Translations under genes and position numbers: made by a program
Notes under the pieces: model-generated
The model's input: only the letters and a program-made list of their open reading frames with translations
What the model was told of the DNA's origin: nothing
Database searches by the model: none
Assembly (NCBI GenBank): GCA_050273025.1
Contig: CP158635.1
Location: 9,796,001 to 9,860,000 of the forward strand
DNA length: 64,000 nt
Direction of reading: 5' to 3'
Source: Cenococcum geophilum
Taxonomy: Eukaryota
Shown here: positions 52,701 to 64,000 of the stretch, one piece after another
How positions within the stretch are numbered: position 1 is the stretch's first letter
Layout of the letters: every line of letters begins with the position of its first letter

Positions 52701-54741
52701 GTTTTAAGAATCTTAGTTATCTCTTATCTTACTATAAGAATCTTAAGCCTTTAGCCTTTTGCCTTTATTAAGTGCCAAAGTGGTTTACTATCCTACTCCT
52801 TTTGCGTCTTATAAAGTAATAGACATCGTATCTAGTAGGGTTTTAATCCCAACTAATGTTCCCTATTTTATAGTAGAATTATCCTCTACCTCTAGTATAA
52901 CATCTCTAAGGTCTACTTACTCCCAGTAAGCGGCCCTTATTACCTTATCGTCACGGAATGTTTCGCCTAGGTTAAATTTATTATCCTTAATATCCGATCT
53001 GCGAACTAGTTTATTAGTTCCTCTATATCCTATAGGTGCTAGCTTTTATAGCCAATAGCTTGCGCTATACTTAGCGTCCTTATGAATTTAGTATGTGTTA
53101 TTATAACAAAACGCAAAACTTCTAATTAAATATTCTTTTGTTCCTTGTAGTATATTATCATCCCTTTATACGTGTATATTATCTACTAGTTTTATACCTT
53201 TTACTATATAGTAACTCTGCCCACTTCTATAGTCTCTAATATAATAACCCTGTTTTCCGCAATTTATATAAGCTCCTTCTTTAAACCATTTCTCTTATTA
53301 TAGAGTCCGCCTAAATATCTTCTGCTATTAAGATCCCTAATTCGGCCTCTGCTCCTTAGACCTTTAATTACTTAATCCTTATCCTCTAGGTTTTTATAGT
53401 TTACTCCCTCTCTTATAGGCTTCTTTAGTACCACTTAGGTCCATTAGCTCTGCACTATACTATAGTTTCTAACTTAGCTTTTATTGTTGCGTACTTTGCG
53501 CCTTATATAACTATAGAACTCTATTCTAGCCTCTTTTAGCCTATTCCCTTTAGTAGATCCAATTGTTAATCTTAATTACCTAATCTATTAGTTCCCTTAG
53601 GGTATCTATATCTTCCATTAGGATAATCGCGTCCTAGACTTTAGCCTTAAGTCCCTATTTATACTGTGCCATAAGCGCCCTATTATTCCATTCTACTTAT
53701 ATTACTAGTATCTAGAACTATATTATATACTTAATTACTAAAGTTCGTTATATAAGGTTTTAGAGTTTTCTTTCCGCTATAGTTGTTTCTTCTAGGTCTC
53801 TAAATATCTGCGTTAGTCGTTCTATAAATCCTTCCCAACTTAAGAACATAAATCGCACGTCTTAGTTAGTGGTCGTCATTCCATTTACCTATATCTCCAT
53901 AAAGTAAGGTTTAAACTACTTAAGTGCTTTTCCTAATAAGAATAGTCCTATATAGGCTATCCGATCCACGGGTATAGGTAACTTTACTCCCTCTTATAAG
54001 ACCTTAAAGTGCATCTATATAAGGAATCCTTTAAGCTTTAACCTCTCTCCTATAAATCTCTTAATTAATAGTAGCTTAATCTTTGCTGCTCCTATCCCGT
54101 TAAGTCTTTCTTCTAATACTATATTATTAGCTGTTAGCTAGTTAACTATTTCCTATAGCTGTCCGACCGTTACAGGTTGCTATAAGTCAGTATCTGCCAT
54201 ACTAGTATCACCTCCTGTCCCTAAAGTAGTTGCTGCCGTTAATAGTATTATAGTAGCTGCTTTTGGTGGCATATTATTCGACTTCTTATATTAATACTAT
54301 AACTAGGTAGTGATTATATAACGGAACCTTGTAGCAATAACTACGGTGGGCTTATTATTAGGCTAGGTATATAGGAAATGCAAATATAAAAGTCAACAAC
54401 GTAATAATAACTAGTGGAGTGGTTGCCTAATAGATTAACTCTAATTATATTCTAAGAATCACTATAAGAAAGAAACTATTTAGGTAGGGACTAAGGGTTC
54501 TTAAATACACAACCGTACTCCTATAAAATCCTTTTTATACGTAATATACGTCTTGTACGTAAGGTACGTAAGTTCCTCTTATTCCTCTTGTTTAATACGT
54601 AGCATATTATATGACCTCGGTTACCATTCCTCGTCATATAGTTCTATCGGCTCCATCCTAGACCGTGCCTAAATCAACTAACTAGCTTCTTCCGTCTCTT
54701 CTCTAAGTAGTCGTAACATCGTACTTAAAGCGTCCGTAACA
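46791..54741 (-). mobile_element. Gypsy chromovirus, family A relative, full length (7951 bp), uninterrupted, RIP-inactivated
   Basis: 425-bp LTRs at 46791-47215 and 54317-54741; TSD TTAGT; PPT at 47216-47230; gag, PR, RT, RH, IN and chromodomain colinear with copy 2. Confidence 0.95.
47324..48008 (+). pseudogene. Antisense accessory ORF of the Gypsy element: Zn2Cys6-like motif plus coiled coil, with putative intron 47553-47607 (RIPed)
   Basis: IMPSPCSYCLKEGLVYITLVNPSSR*PSSCLEYTKVNIYLSYDIRS; homologous reading in copy 2 (about 32494-33193, minus strand) retains ECTKAN. Confidence 0.7.
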
Positions 54742-54950
54742 TTAGTAGAGTAGTTATTTTATCTAAGTATAGAGATGGAGCACTTTATATATATAAAGCT
54801 ATAATATTTTACGTAATATTTAATAACCTAATCTAATGCGGTCTGTAGTTGTAGTATATAGAATCACTTTCTTAACATATTTAATATAATCTTTTATACT
54901 AATTAAGTAAATATTTAATATTTAATATAAGTTTTAAAATGAGTTTATAA

Positions 54951-57900
54951 TAATAATAATAATAATTTATTACTTAACGTCTAATTTAGATCCCTATTAG
55001 GCCCACGCGGACTACTCCTTATTTACATATAGGGAGAAAACTCTATTTAAGAAAAATGAGAAAACCCCATAATCCATCTCCCCGCCTTTTAGGACTCGCC
55101 TACTTAGCGCCTATAAGTCGCCTATAGTGCTCTACTACCTTACTATTTAACCTCCTTAGGAACCACTACTGCCGTAATAAGCCTACGGACGCGCTAGTAT
55201 TATAAACTATTACTCTACTACTATAGAGTTACTAGGGGGCACCTACTACTCGCCCCCTTACCTTTTATTATTATTTCCCTTATAACCCAGAACTAATTTA
55301 GTATATTTTAACTAATAAGCTACTAGGTAACCGCCTTAAGGCCTTTTTATATTAAGAGTAGTATATTATAGTTCTTTATGCTAGCTACTAAGAGTATTAT
55401 TTCTTAATTAGTGCGTAGGGGGCATAGTAGTATTACGTGTTTTGGTATCTGTTTTGGCTAGCCACATTCGCATCTTAGGCTACCTACTAGGATACCCACC
55501 TAGTAAAGCCAATCTTTTAGTCCTATTATTCCTGTTCTTAAAAGTATTACTATTATATTTTCTACCTTTATTAGGCCTTCTTAGAGCCCTTAGGTATTTA
55601 CCCCCTATAGTATTAATTATGCTATAGCTTAGGTTTATCTTGCCTAAGTTAGCCTCTATACCTTTAACTCCTATTTACCTCTCCAGTATTAGTCTAACCA
55701 GTATTATATTACGGTAGATGGTTTCCTAGCGTTCTTATATGTTTTACTTTAACTCCTTTCTCTATCTTACTGTTATCTTTACTAACCTCTTATACGTCTC
55801 CCTTCCTCCTCTATATAGGCCTAGGCCCTAAAGCGGCATTATTTTTCTTTTACTTTTTTTACCTATTTCTCTAATATCTCTTCCCTACTTTAGGGTTATT
55901 GGTTTATTCTCCTACGGGGCACCCTAAGGTCCCTCTATAGTTTACTTAGGCGTGTTTTAATATACTTTATAACATTAGAGTTGTGTTTATTTTATGTCTT
56001 TTATATTATAGCGGCTTTAATATATAACTATAGGGGGGGGATATTAGATTCCTTCTTAAGCAGTACTATAGCCGTTTGCTTATACCCGCCTATAATACTC
56101 TAAAGGCAGGCTATTTAGACCTTTTAAAGTAGTTTAAGGAGTAATTTAGGGGGGCCCTTTTTAGTTTCTCTAATGGCCTAAATACTAGATCTATATGTTA
56201 TAGTTAGCCAGACGACTGCTATATATAGTAGGCGTAACCTCTAGAAGTATAGACCCTATATAAAATTAATAATCCTAGATAAAGCGATAAACTATACTTA
56301 GCCTTTATAGGCCGCTTATACCGTATATACGCTCTACTAGAGCTTGCTATCTATCTATACTCCTAATACCCTTAGGCCCTAAACTGGTTAACCCCTAAAG
56401 CTTTAAATGCGAATTATATGCTAAAGATTTATAGATTGGTTGCGTTTTCTTATAAAATAAATTAGCTGGTATTTCTTTAGTAAGAATTAGACTCTATAAC
56501 ATTTTGCCTATTCTATATAAATATTATAGGCTTTCTCTAATATTCTGCAATTCTCTACGGCTGTTAGCCCGTATATAATTAGGTTTATATTATTAATAAA
56601 GCTTATCCCCTAGGTCGCCCCTTCCTTAAAGGAGTTAAGTAGGTTGCTTATAAAGAAAAGGAAGAGTATAGGCGAGAGGGGTAATTCTTATAGTATTTCT
56701 GTTGTAACTATAATAGGGGGGCTCTGGTATCCGCTAAAGACTAATAATATTTCTTTCTGGCCTGTAAACCCTTAGATAAATTATATAATCCATTCTAAAA
56801 AGCCCTTTACCCTAAGGATATGCAGGAGACGCTTATAGGGTATATTATTATAGGCACCACTAATATTTAGGCTAAGCATTAATACTATAAAGTCCTTTTA
56901 CATCGCCTATATAGATTTAATAGTGGTAGTAAGTAGCGTAAGTGCTAATAGTATTAAGCGGTTCTTTCTTGCCCCTATTTAGCTTTGTAGTAGTAGGGCG
57001 TATTTCTCTACCGTGTCTGCTATGTATTTTGCTATTACCCTTTCTAAGATCTTGCTAAGGGTGTTTTCTAAGGCAATAGGGCGGTAGCTTCCTAGGATTA
57101 AGTAATCTACTTTACCTTCTTTTTATAAGATAACCGTCGTTATAGATCTTCCGAGTCGCGGGTAGTAGCCTATAGCAAAGTATACTTTGGCTATATCTGC
57201 AAGCTAAGGTGCTATAAGTAGCCCACAGGTTTTTAGGGCCTTATTTAGAATCCTATCTAGTCCTAGTGCTATATTATTTAAAAGGCGGCTAATGGTTCTA
57301 GCCATTTCCTCTATTATTATATCGCTGTCGACCCGTAGGCAAGTCACTGGTATTTCGCTCGTGATATTACTAAGGTCTACTAGAGTCGGTTAGGGGAAGA
57401 ACCTTTTTATAAGGATCTTTGCCTTCTTATCGTTGTTGTTTATAGCCTGTAATTCTCCTACTCTTCATAGGGGTAGTAAGTATAGGTCTTCTGCTAGGCG
57501 CCCTGCCTTTTTCTTTACCCATTTCGCTATAGCCTAAAGGCCCTTATTATGGGGGCAGGTAGTTATATATTAGCTAGTAATATAGTAGAGTTTAATATAC
57601 CTACTTATTTAGGCCTTTACCCCAGTTTTCTAGTGCTTTAGTCCTAAACTATAAGCAGTTAACTGCCACCACTAATTACGGGGAATTTTACCAGTTCTTT
57701 TAAATATCTTATAACGGTATTACCCAAGTACTAGTCTACCCCCCAGTAGTCTATATAAGAGTTTCCTCCTAGAGTTGGTACGCTTTTATATAGCTTAGGA
57801 GCCTTCTATAGCCTCTAGTTTTACGTCTTCTTTATTATTTCCGCCGGCGTAGGTATAAGCTACCGTTTCTAGGGGTTGCAACTCCTATCTTTGCGCCTAC

Positions 57901-59330
57901 TAACGTAATCCTATAAAGGCGTCGTAGCTGCATCCTATAATATAGTTAGGTACACCTTTTACGGACAAGGCCAAGCTACTACCTCTCCCGCCTAAGTAAC
58001 TTCTATTTACTCCTTAAGTATATTTTACTAGCAAGCCGCCCTAGAGGCGAATGGTTCCGTCTATTAATATACTAATACGCGTATCCGTTCTCTTAAGCCA
58101 CGTAGTAGTCTCTTTAGCTAGGGTGTAATTCTGCCTACCTACTAGGTGCACTAAAGGTTAGAGCCCAGTTAAGGGATAAGGTCCTTAGAGCTAGTAGTAG
58201 CTACTACGTACTACGCCTAATAGGAAGCTAGTAGTAATATAGGGGCGTAACACCCTATATACTACTAGTTCCCGTTTTATATTACCTATAAGAGTTTTCT
58301 TATAATAGGCCAACCGTGTCTTATAGAAGGGGGGCCGTAAAGACTAGGTCCCGCACTAGGCGACCTACTCTCCCCCCTCTTACTAACTAAGCTTATATCC
58401 CCCCTTTTTATAAGCTGGCCTATGTCTCTAACTATCAAGTCCTCGTTTAACTGGCCTATGTTTCCCCTATAGCCTCCCCTATATATATACATTAGGTTGC
58501 GTACATTACGTCTATTAAGACCCTCCTGTAAGTCGCCTTATATATATACGCATCAGGTTACGTGCACTACGCCTATTAAGACCCTCCTGTAAGTCGCCTG
58601 TAAGTCAACCATAAGTTAACCGTGAGTTAACTGTAAGTTAAACGCCATAGGGCCGTCAAAGCTGGCCTGTGTTTCCGCTGCCTAGAGCTTTGCGTTGCTG
58701 GCGCGTCGCCGTTGTCTAGGTCGCGCGCACCACGCCTATTAAGACCCTCTTTTAAGTCACCTGGGTGTACCGGATACTAGATAGGCCCTTATGGAGGGCA
58801 GGTAGTTATATATTAGTTAGTAATATAGTAGAGTTTAATATGCCTACTTATTTAGGCCTCTACCCCAGTTTTCTAGTGCTTTAGTCCTAATCTATAAGCA
58901 GTTGGCTGCTACCACCAATTACGGGAAGTTTTACCAGTTCTTTTAGATATCTTATAACGGTATTACCCGAGTACTAGTCTGCCCCCCAGCAGTCTATATA
59001 AGAGTTTCCTCCTAGAGTTAGTGCGCTTTTATACGGCTTGGGAGCCTTCCATAGCCTCTAGTTTCACGCCTTTCTTTATTATTTCCGCCGGCGTAGGTAT
59101 AAGCTGCCGTTTCCAGGGGTTGCAACTCTTATCTTCGCGCCTACTAACGTAATCCTACGGGGGCGTCGTAGCTGCATCCTGTAATATAGTTGGGTACACC
59201 TTCTACAGACAAGGCCGAGCCACTGTCTCTCTCGCCTAAGTAACTCCTGTTTGCTTCTTAAGCATATCTTACTAGCGAGCCGCCCTAGAGGCGAACGGTT
59301 CCGTCTGTTGATATACCGACACGCGCATCC
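54951..59330 (-). mobile_element. Tad1-like LINE, rearranged and RIP-inactivated
   Basis: RT motifs GSYRPIALENTLSKILE (about 57070), LPLSPILFLF (about 56675) and FINN (FVDD; about 56595); (TAA)n tail at 54951-54963; 11-bp TSD TGAGTTTATAA at 54940-54950 and 59331-59341. Confidence 0.9.
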
Positions 59331-59616
59331 TGAGTTTATAAGGTAAATAAATTATTATATATTTAATAATAAGGGCTTATAGTCTAGTAGTATAGTTTCT
59401 ACTCGTAGATTAAAATTTAATGCTAATTAACTTAGGTATGATTTTCCCTTAGCATAGGAGAGGTCTGGGGTATTCCCCATAAGTCTAATTTTTTTATTTT
59501 ACCTAATCCAATTTTTTCTTTCTTTTAGCATAATTTAGGAAAAGTATACTTCTGCCTATTAGGGAGTTACAATTATTAAATTCCTTATACTAAATTTTTC
59601 TTATCGCGGAGTAACT

Positions 59617-61827
59617 TATTAAAGCCCTTAAAATCACTTATAATACAACCGACTACCAATACCATATTAAACCGTCATTTGTCTCACTAGCGTACTACCC
59701 TGTTTTAGTTACTTAGACTCCCTACTTCCTATTACCTAATACTTTCTTTATATATTTATACCACTTAATTTCTATAGATTTACAATTAAGTCGCTTATTT
59801 AATACCCACACTATAAAAGCTTATATATAGCTTAGGTATTAACCTCTCTTTTTAAACACTAACTCTTAGTCTTTATTTACTTTCTAGCTTAATAGTAAGG
59901 TAAATTAATAGATAGGTCCTAGTAAGCTATAAGCTACTAGACTTAAGCTATATATAGCTAAGGACTTCACTACCTCTAGCTATCTAGACCCCTTACCTAC
60001 TATTAACCGTTAAGGTTACTCTTAGGTACTACCTTAAGACTTACTACCCTGTTCTTGTATATCTTACTACTATCTTAGTTAGCGACTTGGTTAACGACTT
60101 GGTTAACGACTTAGTCTTTAACACGGTAACTAAATTAGTCTACTACCCTTTTTCTTATATATTTATAGAGGCTCTAGAGCCATATTTAATAGATAGAGTT
60201 TTTTTTAGTAACTTGTCCGTCCGATAGTTGTAAGCCTAGGCCATCTACTATATTATCTTTAATTTAAAACCCTAATTACCCTATTATTAACTAAACAGTA
60301 AAGGCCTTAAAATGTCCTCTTAATAATCTAAAACCCTTATTATAACGCACACTATAATCCTAGCAGGCCCAAACAATTAAGACTAATAAATTAGTATCAT
60401 TAAGTATAGAGCCAACGGTAAGAATATATAGGAGTATATTAATCCGGATATTAAGAAAAATAATCTGCCTAAATATAGAGTACTGTTAGAGCTATTACCA
60501 TTAGTTATTAATTCTTAGAAGACTATATTCTTAGCCCTTAATAAAGGTAAGAAGGAAGAGCTTTAAGCTTTATAAAAATTATATAATTATATTTATAAGC
60601 GATATAAGAAAGAGGAAGCAGCCCTTAAGTCTCTATGCACCTATATTATTAGCACTATATCCCATAACTATATTAACTATACCTTTAAAGGAAATACTAT
60701 CTATAATATCCTTGTGTTATTTAAGGAGGCAGTTACTCTAACTAATAATACTTATAAGGTTAATCTAGCTACCCAATATTTAAAAATAAAGAAAGCCCTA
60801 AAGAGTTAAAATATTAAGAAGTAGCTCTATAAGTAGGAGAAGGTATATAATAATTATAAGAAGGTTAAACTACCTAAGGTAGATAGCGATTAACTAGTTA
60901 AGGACTTTGTGTATACTATTAAATCTACCTTATTAGGATAGTTAGAATACTAGAAAAACAAATTATAGAACCTTAAAAGGAAGAAGGAAAAACTACCTAC
61001 CCTTTAAGTTATTATCGAGGTCTACCAAAATTATTATTAATTGGACTTAGCTTAGAAGGTAAGGCGCTAACATAGCTCCTACGTAGCTAGCTTTAAAGGA
61101 GAGCTAATTAATAAGCCTAAATTAGAAGATAAACCGGAAGCTAAATCTTTAAGAAGGATAGATAAGAAGGAATGGATAAAGCCGTGCCTATATAGATTGC
61201 TATGCCTATAGAGGAAATGCTTCTACCTTATTAAGTCAATTTAACCGTCGGGTTGGAAACCAAATAATTCAAAAAATATAGTTAATAGAGTAGAAGCTTG
61301 CTAAGGCTTTACCCGAATTTAAGGCCTTAATTAACCAATTAAGGAGCTAAGCCTTATTTAATAAGAAGCTAGAGAATATAGAGAATGTAAAGTAAAAAAG
61401 CTTACCTAGTAAACTATATAGAAGCTTTGCAGTTTATTAAGCAGGAGCTTATATTGCATTAGATTACACTCTCCGTAATAGTATAATTCTAGACCCTACG
61501 ATAACCTTGTATACCATTAACGACAGAGCAAGATTTATAGGTAATATCCAACCGGCTAGTAAGCAGTTATATATAGGATTGGGTATAAAAAACATTAAAG
61601 GCTTTAGAACAGCTAAAGTTATACTTATTACCCCATTAGGAAAGCAAAATATCTATTTTATTAAGGCTATATACGTACTAGGATTTTATATAAATCTAGT
61701 TTATAATTACAGACTTAATAATAAGGGTGTCTTTTAGCATAATAAAGGGAATTACCTCTACTGTCGCGGTGGCGAGAAGTTCGTATATTGCGGATATTAC
61801 CATAGTTAGATAACCCTTAAATATAAC
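59617..61827 (+). mobile_element. Copia-type LTR retrotransposon (5' region, gag, protease), RIPed; left boundary approximate
   Basis: Gag-like ISIIKYRANGKNI*EYINPD near 60390; protease-like NSIILDPTITLYTIND near 61480 and AIYVLGFYINLV; interrupted at 61828. Confidence 0.7.
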
Positions 61828-64000
61828 TGTCGGTATATATTCGTTTCACGTGTCACGTACACAGCACGTGACCTACGCGAGACGCGTATATGTATTAACA
61901 CTGCATTGTAGAATAGAACCTCAAGAATCCAATTACATATCGCACTGCACGTATATTACGTCTATTGCACCGTATTAAAGTATCCCGACACTGATTAGTA
62001 AGCGCGTATAGATTAGGAAACATGTAGATAGCTTGGAAGACAGTTATACTGTCTACCTTACAGTAGATTAGAAGATAGTTATACTTATCCACCTTTCGTA
62101 TCAGCCTATTTTAGTTAAAGAGAAGAAAAGAAATAACCTAGGAGTACTTGTCTGGTATCTACGACGACTACTAGACTTCTTATTCTATCTATTCCAGAGG
62201 ACCACTGCGCAAAATACCTCCTTAACCGTCCCCTTAACTGCCTCCTTAACCGCCCCCTTAACCGTTCCCCTATCTTTACCCTATAAATACCCTTACCTAC
62301 CTAAATAATATATAAACCACAAGATGTTAGGAACAGAGAAAGACTAGGAGGAAGAAGTAGTTAAATAGGAAGATGGAATTAACCTAATAGAAGCCTTTAA
62401 AGACGAACTAACCGACTATTTATAATATAAGATGTACGTATATATAGAGATATACAACTAGCTAGACTTAACACTCTAGGAATTATTCTAGGGAGATTTT
62501 AAGGACTTTATAGTTAATATCTTTACGTAAATCCCCTTATACTAGCTTTAGCAACTATATAACTGCCTAAATATTAAAGGAGTATAGGTTAATATTAACT
62601 ATAAACAAGGCAAAATACTCCCTTAGTCTTTATATAATATAGTATAAGAAGAAGACCAAACTAAATAGAGCAGAGAAATAATTAAATTAGCCAATAATAA
62701 GTACGGACCGACGCTATTTAGATTAATTAAAGTATACATAATAAAGGGCACTTTAGAGGAATAATAATAAGCTAAGACTACTGTAACCTAACTAACTGGT
62801 ATACTAACTACCTCTACCTTTATATTAACTGCTATACCTTAGCCTATAAATACCTCTACTTTTACACTATTTGTTATACCTTAACCTATAATAATATAGC
62901 AACTTTACATATAACCTACGGATAAGGAGAACTGCACTATTACTGTAACTAGCTATAGTAAAGAAATTGCGAACGCAGCTAAGATATATATAGAGGAGTA
63001 GAAATACGGTAGTATAAACAAAAGCCTTAACTATAAATTGATAATATTCTATAATATCTGTAATTAAGCGGACGTACCCTAAGAAGCCTATCTTAAGGCA
63101 TTCCCTACTATATTAAAAGGACTAGCTTTAGACCACTTCTATATAAACCAACTGTTTTACCTACCATTTGCCAAAGTTTATAAGCACCTTTAGAATTTCT
63201 TTAAAGGACTAGGATTTTAACGCAAGAATCTGGACAAGTGGAATACTATTACACTTATAATAGTGATGGTAGGAAATATAGACAAGTCTATAAGCAAATG
63301 CCTCTAATTATTAATCTATAGACTTTATTAATTATAGTATGGCCTTAGACCTACCTTATAAACCATAGACTTCCTTTATAATAAAATCGTCACTTCTTGC
63401 TAGGGAATACCAGTATGTAGATATACAGTCTCCGACCTACTAGATAACTTTAGAGCCCTTATTAATAAACTTTAATCGTCTATTATAGTATATAAGAAAG
63501 AGTATACAGAAAAGATATAAGCCTTCTTTATAGACTAACGATTTTATAGAAGAGATAATAACTATAACCATAGTAATCGCAGCAACCCCCCGTATAACCG
63601 CAACCGAAAGAAACTACGTTGCTTCATATATAATAAGGAAGGATATCGCTTATAGAAACATACTAAGGAGGAGTAAGAAGAGTCTAAGACTAAGTTTAAA
63701 AATAAGTTTAAGGACCGCTTTTAGGAGCGAATAAAGCAATATATTATAGACTATAAAGGCGACAATAATAATAATAATGACTTAGATGATGAGATTACCA
63801 ACGTATTTAATGCTTTAATAATTAACATAGACCCTAGCACTTTAATGGACAAGGACGACCAGGCTATAGTATACTACACTTTATACAGTAAGATTAAACT
63901 AGATAACGCGACCGCTATAGCTTTAGAACTAGCTAACAGAGTATATAGCCACGTAGTTATAACTATTAATACTATAACAGATGTATTCCCTACCGATATA
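61828..64000 (+). mobile_element. GalEa-like Copia element (163-bp 5' LTR 61828-61990 plus gag), continues off the right edge
   Basis: LTR TGTCGG...CCGACA followed by CTGATTAGT; gag AFPTILKGLALDHFY near 63100 similar to 17655; degenerate knuckle CFIYNKEGY near 63620. Confidence 0.85.

Noticed and set aside
54947..54964. (TAA)n as telomeric or stand-alone microsatellite
   Set aside because: It is the LINE 3' tail adjoining the TSD.

Overview
Eukaryotic DNA from a filamentous ascomycete (Pezizomycotina-type), inferred from spliceosomal introns and strong repeat-induced point mutation (RIP; CpA/TpG converted to TpA). About 80% of the window is a nested stack of RIP-destroyed transposons. On the left, an intron-containing Ginger/TDD-like integrase transposon is interrupted by two head-to-head copies of one chromoviral Gypsy family. 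One of these copies (5823-33721) itself carries two GalEa-type Copia elements, a LINE-like fragment and a second Gypsy chromovirus. A non-RIPed island at about 36.3-43 kb holds ARH1 (3 exons, minus strand), a divergent two-exon membrane-protein gene and a broken C2H2 zinc-finger gene. To its right lie a 2.5-kb higher-order minisatellite, a Fot1/Pot2-like MITE, a full-length Gypsy, a rearranged LINE and nested Copia elements. The most notable observations are an antisense, intron-containing Zn2Cys6-like/coiled-coil accessory gene in the Gypsy family, the split Ginger-like element, self-priming signatures in both Gypsy families and strong TACGGA enrichment in the youngest Copia. Coordinates were read by eye and de-RIPed translations are reconstructions.
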